DNA of 61,640 nt, counting the filler, from Fonticula-like sp. SCN 57-25 (lineage: Eukaryota), in NCBI GenBank assembly GCA_001724245.1. It is 11 parts of 11 records of this genome, joined end to end, with 100 filler letters (N's around TTAATTAATTAA, not from the genome) between each part and the next. Parts side by side here need not be neighbours in the genome. Positions count along the whole stretch, not along the records: positions 22,394 to 27,876 come from MEDX01000566.1; positions 27,977 to 33,455 come from MEDX01000567.1; positions 33,556 to 39,027 come from MEDX01000568.1; 8 more parts are not named here. One strand, given 5' to 3'. The notes beneath the pieces were generated by a model. The model did not search any database. It saw only the letters and a list, made by a program, of their open reading frames with translations, and had not been told where the DNA came from. Below are positions 26,953-38,325 of this stretch, piece after piece. Position 1 is the first letter of the stretch. Every line of letters starts with the position of its first letter. Both the position numbers and the translations under genes were made by a program.

Positions 26953-27780
26953 ATGGATGACAAGAGGGCGCGGTGCGCTGCGCGCCAAAATCGCGCATCA
27001 AGTGGCTAACGGGATTCTTTGCGGTAGGGCACGCGACTTTCGGCGCAAACAGCACCTGAAGCAGAGGCATTCGCGATGGAGGCCGCCACGGACGGGGCCG
27101 GCGGCAGCGGCCGACGCGATCTCTTCCGGCGATGAGGACGATCACCAGGGCGACGAGCATGCCGCGGGCGGCGCCGGAGGCTTTTCCCGCAGGAAAATGG
27201 CGAGCAATACGTGGAGGTTTGAGCACGACGACGATGAGGAAACGATAGAGCGGCAGTACGACCGCAACATGAGGGAGCTCGGCCTCATGTCCAACCAAGC
27301 GCCCAATGAAGAGCCACTTTTATTAAAGTCGGATCACCCGCTCGATGTCCTGCTGCCCGGCGAGCGGCCCGAGCCCGACGTACGTTATATTACTTTGTCG
27401 TTGTGTTCTAACTGTACATGTAGGGCTTTGGGAATCTTTTGGACGTTGACTTGACGCGAGCGGCGAGCTTGCTTGCCACGCTACCCCCTCAGCTTGCCTT
27501 CCGCCTCCCCGAGAACGACATTGCAATTGAAGCGCTGTCGGGTCCCGCCGCGCCGCCAATGCCCGCGCCTTTGGTACGAACGCCTGTTTCAACCCCCGCC
27601 GCTGCCCCGCCGACGAAACTGTCGCTGGACCAGGACGCCGAGCTGGACGCCCTTCTCGACGGCCCCGCCCCGCCAGCCACGCCAAGTGCACCCCCTGCTG
27701 CTATAAATGTACCGCCGCCGACGGCAAAAGAGGCGACAATTCAGGATTTGGAAAGCATGCTGGATGACATTCTAGGGTAA
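26953..27780 (+). CDS. Aven-like protein (cell death regulator Aven family), 3 exons
   Basis: FSRRKMASNTWRF, LDVDLTRAASLLATLPPQLAFRL and C-terminal DLESMLDDILG* resemble the three conserved Aven blocks as recalled (YSKRKIVSNWDRY; LQELPLCLRL; ELEDWLDSMIS). Confidence 0.6.
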
Positions 27781-27976
27781 CAAGTGACTTTACCATGTGT
27801 ATTTTAAACATATTATTGAATGATTTACATGATATTGTTATAACGATGATCGATCGGCACCCGCAGCCAGATTCGCNNNNNNNNNNNNNNNNNNNNNNNN
27901 NNNNNNNNNNNNNNNNNNNNTTAATTAATTAANNNNNNNNNNNNNNNNNNNNNNNNNNNNNNNNNNNNNNNNNNNN

Positions 27977-28699
27977 CTCACTCATCAGCATGGCTTTCCG
28001 CTGTGGTGGGGCAACTGGGATAGCGCCGAGTGGGCCCGGTGGCGCCCCCCGCCGCTGCGCTCCGAGTACCAAAACCGGCCGCTCCCCGCCGGCTGGCCGC
28101 AAGCGCTGTCGTGGGAGTCGCTCGCGCTTCGCCCGCTCGTCATGATCCACAACAAACACACGTTCGAGTGGGCGGGCAAGCCGCTCAACACGATTGAGTT
28201 GCCGTGCCTCGAGCGACTCTTCTCCATCCTGACAGCGCACTTTACGGTGGTGTACAGCCGGCTGGAAATGAACGCCACGCAAGGGGGCGACAACCAGGCA
28301 TCGTGGCCGTTTGAAGACTATAAGCTGATCAAGGAGTGGACGCCCGTGCACGCCAATGCGTCCAGGCCCATCCTCGTGCAAGACCTCCCCGGCGACCTCA
28401 ATCTCGTGCAGCTCCTCGTCAACTCGCGCGCGACGCGCTTCATCTCTGTTCAGGGCGGGTCGATGGTGCTCCCCACCTACTTTGGCGGCGCGCACATCAT
28501 CATGCACAAGGGCGGGTTCGAGCTCACAAACAACGCTTACGAGTCGGCATTTCCGCGACTTGGCGGCGCCTTCATTACGACTGTGTTCACCTGCGACGAG
28601 CTTGAGGAGCGCGTGAACGACGTGTTCGTCAAGACGCACGTCGCAATGAGCAGCCACAAGGAGTATCTTTTGGAGAACCGCAGATTTACCGAGTACTAA
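27977..28699 (+). CDS. Hypothetical protein, 5' truncated, no visible introns; possibly a glycosyltransferase-like fold
   Basis: Open frame from the contig start: ..WRPPPLRSEY..IHNKHTFEW..RFISVQGGSMVLPTYFGG..; the family assignment is a weak recollection. Confidence 0.55.
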   Translation, partial: LTHQHGFPLWWGNWDSAEWARWRPPPLRSEYQNRPLPAGWPQALSWESLALRPLVMIHNKHTFEWAGKPLNTIELPCLERLFSILTAHFTVVYSRLEMNATQGGDNQASWPFEDYKLIKEWTPVHANASRPILVQDLPGDLNLVQLLVNSRATRFISVQGGSMVLPTYFGGAHIIMHKGGFELTNNAYESAFPRLGGAFITTVFTCDELEERVNDVFVKTHVAMSSHKEYLLENRRFTEY

Positions 28700-28784
28700 A
28701 TGACCAATAAACTAAGAAAATTCTATTAATGCAAATGAATGTGTATTTGAACAACGGTTCCTGCCAAAATTTGCTGCATCGTGC

Positions 28785-30209
28785 TCAATTCCAGGGTAGA
28801 TCCAATGGCGCGATGAGGCTGGTAATGGTGCTGTTGTTGGAAACGATGGAGTCACCCGCGCTGACGGAACGTCCAAGCGCCTCCATGGTCCACTTGCCGC
28901 CAGATCGGAAAAAGCTGCAGCACACAAGAGTGTCTCCGTCCTGCAGCTCAGTCCAATCATGCTGCGCAAACGTTGTCTTTGTATTCATGCCTGAAACAGT
29001 GAGAAAGACCTCCTTGAGCCTTTCAATGGAAACGCCGCCGCCAAGGTTCAAAATAACAAAGATCCGCTGGCACTCGGCGGGAATCTTTGCCAGGTTAACC
29101 TGAAGTCGCATGGAAAACATCTGCAGCAGCTGTGAATAAAACTATACATAACCAACTTGCTTCGCGTACCCGAGTCTTTTCATCGATCGCTCTCGGCACT
29201 AAACGGGAATTATGCGCCTCGCCCGAGCTGTACAAACTTTTCGCATAATCGGTATCATTGACCTAGAATAACCATCAGCTGTCGTGAAACATATGGTATC
29301 GTCCGCACCAAAGCGCCCTCAAATTCCAACAACTTGTTCTGCCCAACGACCGTGAAACATTCGGGCTTGCCATTCACCATGCGGAATGCCGCGCCGTAAA
29401 AGCCCGGATGGGTCAATCCGCCCTCAAACACCCAGGCCATGGTCACAGCAAGGAACTCATCAACGGGCAGTTCGCTTGATACGCGCGTTACAAGCGAGAT
29501 CTCAGAGCCTTTGCTAACGCCGAGCTCGGCGAGCGTCTTGTTGTCATTGCCGGGCGCCTGAGCAGACGAAGAGAAAGAGTTCGTTAATAAGCAAAACGAA
29601 AAGAAAGAGCATATACCGCAATGTTGGCGCGCTTGAACAACAGCTGCTGCTGCTTGACAGGCGTTTGAAATTTGATGCTGTTCTGCACCGCCTCCATAAG
29701 CTGCTTCACCGTCATCGAGGGCGTCAAAGGGAAGGCCTCGGACCGGCCGCCAATGTCCTTGACGGTGATCTTTTGATCGTCTGCTGTGGCCACAGGGGCG
29801 TCTCCCGACCGCGAAGACAGCGCATACAGCGAATCCATGCAAGACGTCCGGTACTGCGCCCACAGCGAGTCGATCTCGTCGGCCGAATACTTGGTCTTGC
29901 AGGCAGGGCATGACGCGTCCTTGGGCTTCGATTGATTCTGAAAGTCGTTCATCGTTTTTGGCAATTTATATGGGTTGGTATTGAACACACACTACGCAAT
30001 ATAAGTGAGCTTGGGCGAGGTAAAGCAAAGGAAACCCAACGTACGTTCACGCAGACAGGATGGTGATTCAAACAAGCCTCAAGATCAACTGCAGGGTACT
30101 CGGTCACCGATCTCACCACCTTGCATTTTGCACATTGAAGAGGCAACAGGGTTAAAGCTGCCTCCTTTGCTGAGTTCGCTTGTGGATTCTGTGAAGTTTT
30201 CCTCTGCAT
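28785..30209 (-). CDS. RING finger - ubiquitin-like - TerD-like domain protein, copy 1 (4 introns)
   Basis: Splicing intron 29992-30044 gives CAKC..CLNHHPVCVN|C..CPAC (C3HC4). Ubl: KITVKDIGG..MTVKQLMEAV..QQQLLFK..DNKTLAELGVSKGSEISLVTR. TerD-like: LQVNLAKIPAECQRIFVILN..LVCCSFFRSGGKWTMEALG. Confidence 0.8.
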
Positions 30210-30472
30210 GACGGCTCTGCTCACTGCTGTCTGTCTGCGTGGTTTGTATGCTTGCCAGGTGCTGCGCCTCGTTCAGTTTGCAGTTTGCAGAAAAAATGCC
30301 AACTTCGCAATGCATGCATCGATTGTGGCCATGCAAATGTTGGCCTATGAGCAACATAACATACACGTCCTTTTAAAGCCTTCCTAAAAATTAGACCTAT
30401 AGTTTCAGCTGAGAAAGACAACGGGCCACTACTATGCAATATCCAAATATTATTCATTGTGCTTCTTGCCTC

Positions 30473-31892
30473 TCAATTCCAGGGCAGATCCAGTGGCGCA
30501 GCGAGATTGGTAATGACGCTGTTGTTGAGCACGGCTCCGCTACCCAAACTCGCGGAGCGGCCTAGCACCTCCATGGTCCACTTGCCTCCAGATCGGAAAA
30601 AGCTGCAGCACACAACCGTATCTCCGTCCTGCAGCTCGGTCCAGTCATGCTGCGCAAACGTTGTCTTTGTCCTCATGCCGGAAACAGTCACAAATACCTC
30701 CTTGAGTTTTTCAATTGAAACACCTTCGCCAAGGTTCAAAATGACAAACATCCGCTGGCATTCGGCGGGAATCTTTGCCAGGTTAATCTGGAAACGCATG
30801 GAAAACATCTGTAGCGGATGTTAATAAAACTATACATGACCATTTTGCTTCACGCACCCGAGTCTTGTCCTCGATCATTCTCGGCGCGGCTGTGCTAGTA
30901 TGCCCATTGCCAGTGCGGTACAAATCCTGGGCATACTTGAGGTCGTACACCTAGAAAACAGATCAGCTTCATGAAACAAATGATACCATTCGTACCAAAG
31001 CGCCCTCAAATTCCAACAACTTGGTCTGCCCAACGACCGTGAAGCATTCGGGCTTGCCATTCACCATGCGGAATGCCGCGCCGTAAAAGCCCAGATGAGT
31101 CAACCCGCCCTCAAACACCCAGCTCATCGTCACAGCAAGGAACTCATCAACGGGCAGTTCGCTTGAAACGCGCGTTACCAGCGAAATTTCAGAGCCTTTG
31201 GTGACGCCGAGCTCGGCGAGCGTCTTGTTGTCATTGCCGGGTGCCTGTGCAGAAGAGAAAGAGAAGCGCTCGTTAATAAGAAACACGATGTGACAAAAAA
31301 TATACCGCAATATTGGCGCGCTTGAACAAAAGCTGCTGCTGCTTGATAGGCGTCTGAAACTTCACGCTGTTCTGAACAGCCTCCATGAGCTGCATCACCG
31401 TCATCGAGGGCGTCAAAGGGAACGCCTCGGACCGGCCGCCAATGTCCTTGACGGTGATCTTTTGATCGTCCGCTGTGGCCACAGGGGCGTCTCCCGAACG
31501 CGACGACAGCGCATACAGCGAATCCATGCAGGAAGTCCGGTACTGCGCCCACAGCGAGTCGATCACGTCCGCCAAATACTTGGTCTTGCAGGCAGGGCAT
31601 GACGCGTCCTTGGGCTTCGCCTGATTCTGAAAGTCGCTCATCGTTGTCGGCAACTTATGCGGGTTGGTATTAAACACACACTGCGCGAAATGCGTGAGCT
31701 GGGCGATCTAAAGCAAAGAAAAGTTCAGCGTACGTTCACGCAGACAGGCCGGTGATTCAAACACGCCAAAGGAAGGTCAATCGCAGAGTATTCGGCCACC
31801 CCTCTCATCACCTTGCACTTTTCACATTGAAGAGGCAACAGGGTTGAAGCTGCCCCCATGGCCGGGATAGCTGGCGGTTTCGCGCGGGACAT
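30473..31892 (-). CDS. RING - Ubl - TerD-like protein, copy 2 (same introns; start at 31892 or 31859)
   Basis: Near-identical exons to copy 1: CEKC..CLNHRPVCVN|C..CPAC, same Ubl, ends LDLPWN*. Confidence 0.8.
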
Positions 31893-32185
31893 TTGTCTTT
31901 CTTGGATCACGGCTCCGCTGTCTGTCTGCCGGTGAGCGTTGCAAAGCCCCTGCAAAGCCTCTAATCTGTAATTTGCAGTTTGCAGTTTGGCTGATTGTGA
32001 TTTTTTTACTGTATTTCCACCAGGGGGGTTCATATCTGTTTCGTCAATCGGTGCAATTCGACGGTTGGGCTGTAGGAAGCGGAGCATGCACAGCCTTATA
32101 AAGCAATTCTATAGAAATAGACCGAATGTTTATTAAACCTCAAGTCATCAAACGTTTCGAATGAGAAAAAAGAAATGGGACATTA

Positions 32186-33222
32186 TTATTCAACAACATC
32201 CCCTTTGCTGCAACAACACTGGATTCCAGGGCGGCTAATTGTTGCAATGAGGTTAGTAATGGCGCTTTTGCTAAACACAGCAGATTCACCCACGCTCACG
32301 GTGCGTCCAAGTGCCTCCATGTTCCACTTGCCGTCAACTCGGGAAAAGCTGCAGCACACAAGAGTGTCTCCGTTCTGCAGCTCGCTCCAATCATGCTGCG
32401 CAAGCGTTATCTTTGTCTTCATGCCTGAAACAGTGAGGAAGACCTTTTTGAGCTTTTCAAGGGAAGCGCCGCCGTCAAGGTTCAAAATGACAAAGATCCG
32501 TTCGCACTCGGCGGGAATCTTTGCCAGGTTAATGATGAGACGCGTAGATGACATCTGTAGCGAATGTGAGTAAACCAATGCGTAGCAACATTGCTTCACA
32601 CACCCGAGTCTTGTCCTCGATCATTCTCGGCACTATACGGGTATGTTGCCCCTCGCCCGAGCGGTACAAATTCCTTGCATATTCGATATCATTGACCTAG
32701 AATAACCATCAGCTACTGTAAAACATATGGAATCGTGCGCACCAAAGCGCCTTCAAATTCCGACAACTTGTGCTGCCCAACGACCGTGAAGCATTCGGGC
32801 TTACCATTCACCATCCGGAATGCCGCGCCATACAAGCCCGGATGGGTCAAACCACCCTCAAACACCCAGGCCATGGTCACCGCAAGGGATTCGTCAAGTG
32901 GCAGCTCGCTTGAAACGCGCGTGGTGAACCAAAGCACCGAATGTTTGCTGACGCCGAGCTCGACGAGCGGTCTTGTTTTCGTTACCCGGCGCCTGCGCGG
33001 AAAAACGATATAAAGTTTGTTAATAGGCAACTAGAGAAAAAAGAAACACACCGCAATGTTGGTGCGCTTGAACAAAAGCCGCTGCTGGTCAATGGGAGTC
33101 TGGCTTGCGAAGCTCTTCTGCACCGCCTCCATCAGCTGCATGACGGTCATGGTCGTCGCCCAAGGGAATGCAACGGGACGGCCATCGACGTCGTGCACGG
33201 TGATAGTTTCAGCGTCGCTCAT
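32186..33222 (-). pseudogene. Ubl - TerD-like copy 3; RING absent and frameshifted
   Basis: Starts MSDAETITVHDVDG directly at the Ubl. An extra base at 32969-32970 (gagcggtcttg vs gagcgtcttg in copies 1 and 2) shifts the frame and gives an early stop. A second shift near the end puts the conserved ccctggaat (PWN) out of frame. Confidence 0.7.
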
Positions 33223-33555
33223 GGCTGTAGAGGCAACGACTGACTTCCAGCTGCTACGGGGCAATAGGCGAAAAGCAGCAAGACAGGCGCAGGATCGCTG
33301 ATCCGCTGCTGCTCGCTCCCCTTGCAAAGTAGTTGCAAAGCACACCAGAAGCACACTTGAGGCTCCATCCGGCCAAATACTCAGTGTTGGCACAAATCAA
33401 ATATACCGTGGCCTGCCCATATTGTTCAATGCACACCGATCATAGTGATGAGACGNNNNNNNNNNNNNNNNNNNNNNNNNNNNNNNNNNNNNNNNNNNNT
33501 TAATTAATTAANNNNNNNNNNNNNNNNNNNNNNNNNNNNNNNNNNNNNNNNNNNN

Positions 33556-34591
33556 TTTCATTTTTGAAATGGTGAATCTGGTAAATGATGTCTGGTGGCA
33601 TGATTGGGCAACTGTGGTTTTGAGGCTAGTGGTCCATTGACTTGGATTCTGTTCCATTTTCTCAGAATCTAATTCAACTTCAACTACTTCGTGAGATCCA
33701 AGTACTCTAGTCTCCACTTTGACATGTTTGCCAATGTTAAAAATTGCCTTCTTGGAGCCAACTCCATAGCGAGAAAAATCACTGGTCAGAAAATTAACGA
33801 TTCCAAAGGTGTCTTGAGGTTTGTTGTCCAAAATATTTGGTTTTGACTCTCCCATGGTGCACCAATCACGCAGTCCGGCAACATCCATTCCGACTCCGTT
33901 GTCTTCAATCGTCAATGTGCCTTTTTTCTGAACAAAATTGTTGAAATACATGCAGATCAGTTTGAATTTCACAATTTCAACTGGATGCAAACCTTTTTCA
34001 TAGTGATTGCGATCTCACGAGAACCCTTGTTCCGTGCAGTGCTCTGGATTGAATTATCTACAATTTCTGCAATAGCTGTAATGTAGTCGTATTCATCACC
34101 TGCATGAATCTATCATGTTACACAAGGTGTTGAATATGTTAAATATAACCCAGGGTGGTGTTGAATATGTTAAGTGTGACACACAACTGGAACAACAATA
34201 CCATTGTCTTAATGTTGGGTGTGATGTTCACTTTGAACTCTAAGTGGTCAGATATCCTCTCTTTGCAACATTGAAACATTGAGTGAGGGGTTACTATTTG
34301 GTGCACAGAGTTGTGACACCTACTGTTTCCCACTGTAAAGTAGATTATCCCTCTTTGCAGCAGTTCTCCAGCGTCTTTGGCTCTTTTTCGTTCAATGGTC
34401 CACAAGACTATGTCACAAGGCTTCGAAAAATGTGAGTTGATGGTTCACCCGCTTGTTACCTGACAAGTTGATCGTAGAGCTTCGAAGCTCGAGTGAATAG
34501 CTTGTTTGATTTCTGCCAATCCACTCGCGAATTCAATGTTTCGTTCCCTTGTATCGCTTGTGCTTGCGTTCACAAGAGTGTATCGTTTCAT
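33556..34591 (-). CDS. SMCHD1/GMI1-like GHKL ATPase, N-terminal part (3' truncated)
   Basis: Spliced: ..KVNITPNIKTM|IHAGDEYDYITAIAEIVDNSIQSTARNKGSREIAI..|..IEDNGVGM..FLTSDFSRYGVGSKKAIFNIG; contains the GHKL N, G1 and G2 boxes in an SMCHD1-like context. Confidence 0.72.
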
Positions 34592-34998
34592 TGTTTGCCA
34601 GGTGGTTCGAACAAGAAACAAAAAAACTGAAAGATGTAAAGGTTGACCCAACGGAGCTGAGTTGACCAGATCATGGCATTACTTTTTGCTTTTTATTCGT
34701 ACATTTCCTGATTCTTTACACCAGTGTTTGTTAGTTGGTTAACTTTGTTGCTGTGTGCATTCGAGTGTGGCCTTTTTTTTGTGCTATTCATGTCCAGTAC
34801 CTCCCATGGGACATCCGGTTCATTTCTTTTACACACTCTTACTGTGCAGGGTTATGGTGCTGCTGACATTTTCAAACCAGAAACCTGGAACACTAAAACT
34901 TGAAACCTGAAACTTGAAACCAAAAGAAATCGTCTTTCAGTGATATTGTTTATCGCTCCCACATACAAGCACAGCATCTCCCACATCCTAATGGCCGT

Positions 34999-36809
34999 TT
35001 AGTTACGAATCTTTGGTGGAGTGAATTGGATTTGGAAGTGGTAGGTTTTTCTCTCCTTGAATTCTAGTTCAAATGTTTCGCGATTCACGCGATATGGCAC
35101 TTGCTTTCGCTCAATATCCAAGATGACCTGATAGCCTCGCTCCGTGAGCACATCCATTGCCATGTTGAGCGCCAGTGGATCTGCGAAAACAGTGTTCTCA
35201 CTGCGAATAATGGCGACACCACTGAGCGCCTGTCTGTGAATGATGTGTAAAAACTCCCTCTCCAGCACCTTTATGATCTGCAGGAAGAGCTCGCAGTGTC
35301 TCAATTGGTAATTGTCGAGACGCCGAATGAGCTGCTGTCTCGCATGTTTTGTGATCTCTTCGACGGGGGGGACTGTCGAGATCATGTCAAACGTCTCCTT
35401 TCCGAGCTCCATGGTGCTCTGGTAGCGGAACTCCTCGTTGATCTTCTCGATCACCTGTTCCGGTGTTCCAGTTGCGTCAATAAGATTGTAGTAGAACTTT
35501 TGCTTCAATGTCTGTATGCTGTCGTGGATGTTGTCCTTGAAGTGCTTGTAGCGCTGACGGGCAGCCTCTGCGTTGAAATCGGTCACACGCTCCTCCAACA
35601 GGTGGCCGATCCCCGTGTCGAACACGATGCGGTTGTGCTCCTTGAGACGCTGTCCTCGCCTCAATTGGCGCTCCACGCTCACAGACTCCTCTACAAACAG
35701 GACGCTGATGCGGAACACGGGGCGACGAAAGAACTCGCCAAACTCTGTATTCAAGAACTCCTTCCGCAACGAGAGCATGAAATCGTAGAGCAGCGATATG
35801 CACTCTGCTTGCACCGTGGTTCGCGGGAACCCGTCCACAACCTTTTGGAAAGCAGAAAAGAAGCAAAAAAGAAGCAGTGAATTAACATTCAAGTTTCACA
35901 CCCTCATTCACACATTCACACATTCGTTCACATCCTCATTCACACATTCGTTCACACATTCACACACTCATTCACAAGAAGTGCTAACTCATCAACAATT
36001 GCTCTAAACAACAACGTACAACTCCATTGACGTATTGCTGCTCCAAGAGTTTCATGAACACGAGGGAGACAACGGTCTGATCGGAGATGAGAATTCCCTT
36101 GTCTTTCAGGTCCGTCATCTCTGGGGAGTTGAGCAGATCGCTGGTAATAATGGGCTGACAGGTGAGTCCCCTCTCGTGCAAGATGTGTCTCGTCATGGTT
36201 CCCTTCCCACTTCCAGGTGCCCCCACGAGAAAGTATATTTCCTTGGGGAATTGCAGTTTATGACGGCTGTTGTGTCAGTCACTTCATGTAATCTTCCTCC
36301 GCGCAAACACACACGCAAGTCACTTCACGTAATCTCACTTCACACGCACACACAAGTTGTACATGAATTGTCACAAATTGTACACAAACCACAAATTGAG
36401 CACACAAATACACACAAGTTGTACACTCAAGTTGAGCACATATTGTAAACTCACAAGTTGAGCACACAAACACACTCAAGTTGAGCACAAAAACGCGTTC
36501 ACGCAAATACCGTGCATACCCGTATTTTTCCTGCAAGTCTCGCATAACGTCCTCAAAAATTTGCACAGCTCGCTGGCTGACCGGCTGCTCTTTCGTCGGC
36601 GTGGCATCCAGGGGCTTCACGAGCGTCGGGTTCGGCGGCGTGTAATCCGTTCCTGCCCTCCCGTGGCTCTGTTGGTACGCCGCGGTGACCTGCTTTCGCG
36701 GTGCCAGAGAGCTGTGCATCTTGGCCACGGAGAGCGCGTGCATGCTTGCTGACATGCCGTAGGCGCCGCTGCGTATCAACAGTCGTGCGAGATGGTTGCG
36801 CGAGAGCAT
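34999..36809 (-). CDS. Atypical long adenylate kinase (Dictyostelium AdkB-like) with a probable mitochondrial presequence, 2 introns
   Basis: MLSRNHLARLLIRS..; FPKEIYFLVGAPGSGKGT (P-loop); VDGFPRT; long C-terminal extension. Confidence 0.8.
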
Positions 36810-37098
36810 TGAAAAATTGAGAGTCAATTCGGCTTCGCACTGGTTTACCGCAACAGAAGCACGGAACTTTACTGGTTGACAGGGGAGAAGCGGTTGGTCA
36901 GCTCAAGTGCGAAATTGCGCTTCCTGACTTGCTGATCAATCACAAAAATATCCGCATCCCCACAACAGGCATTGCAATTGCGGAATGAGAGCAGAATTGA
37001 AAGTGTGGAAGAGAAAGCACTCACCACCCACTGGGTTGATCTGAGTCAAAAAATGTGAACGTCTTTTTAGCGACGAGTTGACTTATTTACAGTTGTGA

Positions 37099-38236
37099 AT
37101 GTCTTCCAGTCGTCCCTTGTTGCACGCTGCAGCGCCAATTGATGGCAGTATGCGTGCTGAAGAGTTTTTTAAAAGGCCTTCACCAGTTTTATCGTCTGAG
37201 AGCCATCTCTCTCGGAAGATGAACAAGGGTGCGTTTATGAAGTGCTACTGTAGTGAAGTTTGTTTCACACTGAGGATGTGTTGTGCTTTCTTGTTTCTTT
37301 TTTGAAATGTGATGTGTTTGTTTTTCTCTCTTTCAACAAATGATTTATTTGATTTCCATTCCTCACAATATCTCCCTTCATCTCAAATCCTAGATCGCAT
37401 TTCCTCCACCACTTCTTCCACCAATGTCACCATTTCACCCACCACTCCGATCATCTCACCCACCATGGCCATCATCTCACCATCCACCATCTCCACAACC
37501 TCTCAGACAGAGGACAAGGCAATTCCCTTGCGTGAAAGTAATGAAGCTAGGAGACAGCGAAAATACATGCAAGAACAGGCTGTCGCAAAGGAAAATCGCT
37601 TAAAGCGTCTTCAAGTACGTTGGTGTTGCGAGAGATGGGAAAAGATTATAATGTGAGGAGGAGTTGGAAAAGGAGTACCAGAAGCGAATAATGGAGACAC
37701 AGAGACAAGCACTCGTTATAAAGAAAAATAAGGAGAGGCACACATTGGACTTGCAAGCGAAACAGGAGTTGCGTCGTCAGAGACTGGAGAGAATTGCACA
37801 GGAGAGAATGAAGAATGTAAAAACGGCAGAAGAGAGGAAACTCAATATTCAGAAACAAAGAGAGTTTCATTATAAGAGTAATAGAGATGCTGTACAAAAC
37901 ACACAAGAGGAAACAAATAAGTTGAAGGAAATGTCTAAGAAGAATGAAAAGTTGGAGTTGAATCAAAAAATTCAGCAAAAGATTGAAATTGAAAACAAGA
38001 AGATGTTGGCCAAGAGAGCTAGACAAGAAAATATTATACAACGATTGAACTTGGTGAAAGTGAACCATCACAAGGATGCTCAATATGAGAAGGAGCTTGC
38101 TTCCATGGCTTCCTCCAGGGTTGGAACAATTGAAGAAGAAGAGAGACGTCTGTTGGAGCGATTACAGAGCATGGAAATACGTCAACAGAGAGCAATTGAA
38201 GAATTGAAGGGAGCAATTTCTAGCAACACATTGTAG
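37099..38236 (+). CDS. Hypothetical coiled-coil protein, 3 exons
   Basis: Ser/Thr-rich middle exon and a K/E/Q/R-rich helical last exon; GTGCGT and GTACGT donors. Confidence 0.6.
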
Positions 38237-38325
38237 AACAAACTACTTTCAGTCTCATGTTTCATACACTGGGTTGGCACACTGAACAGGAGCTCCTCCA
38301 AAAAAGATGCATTACCCTGTGAAAA

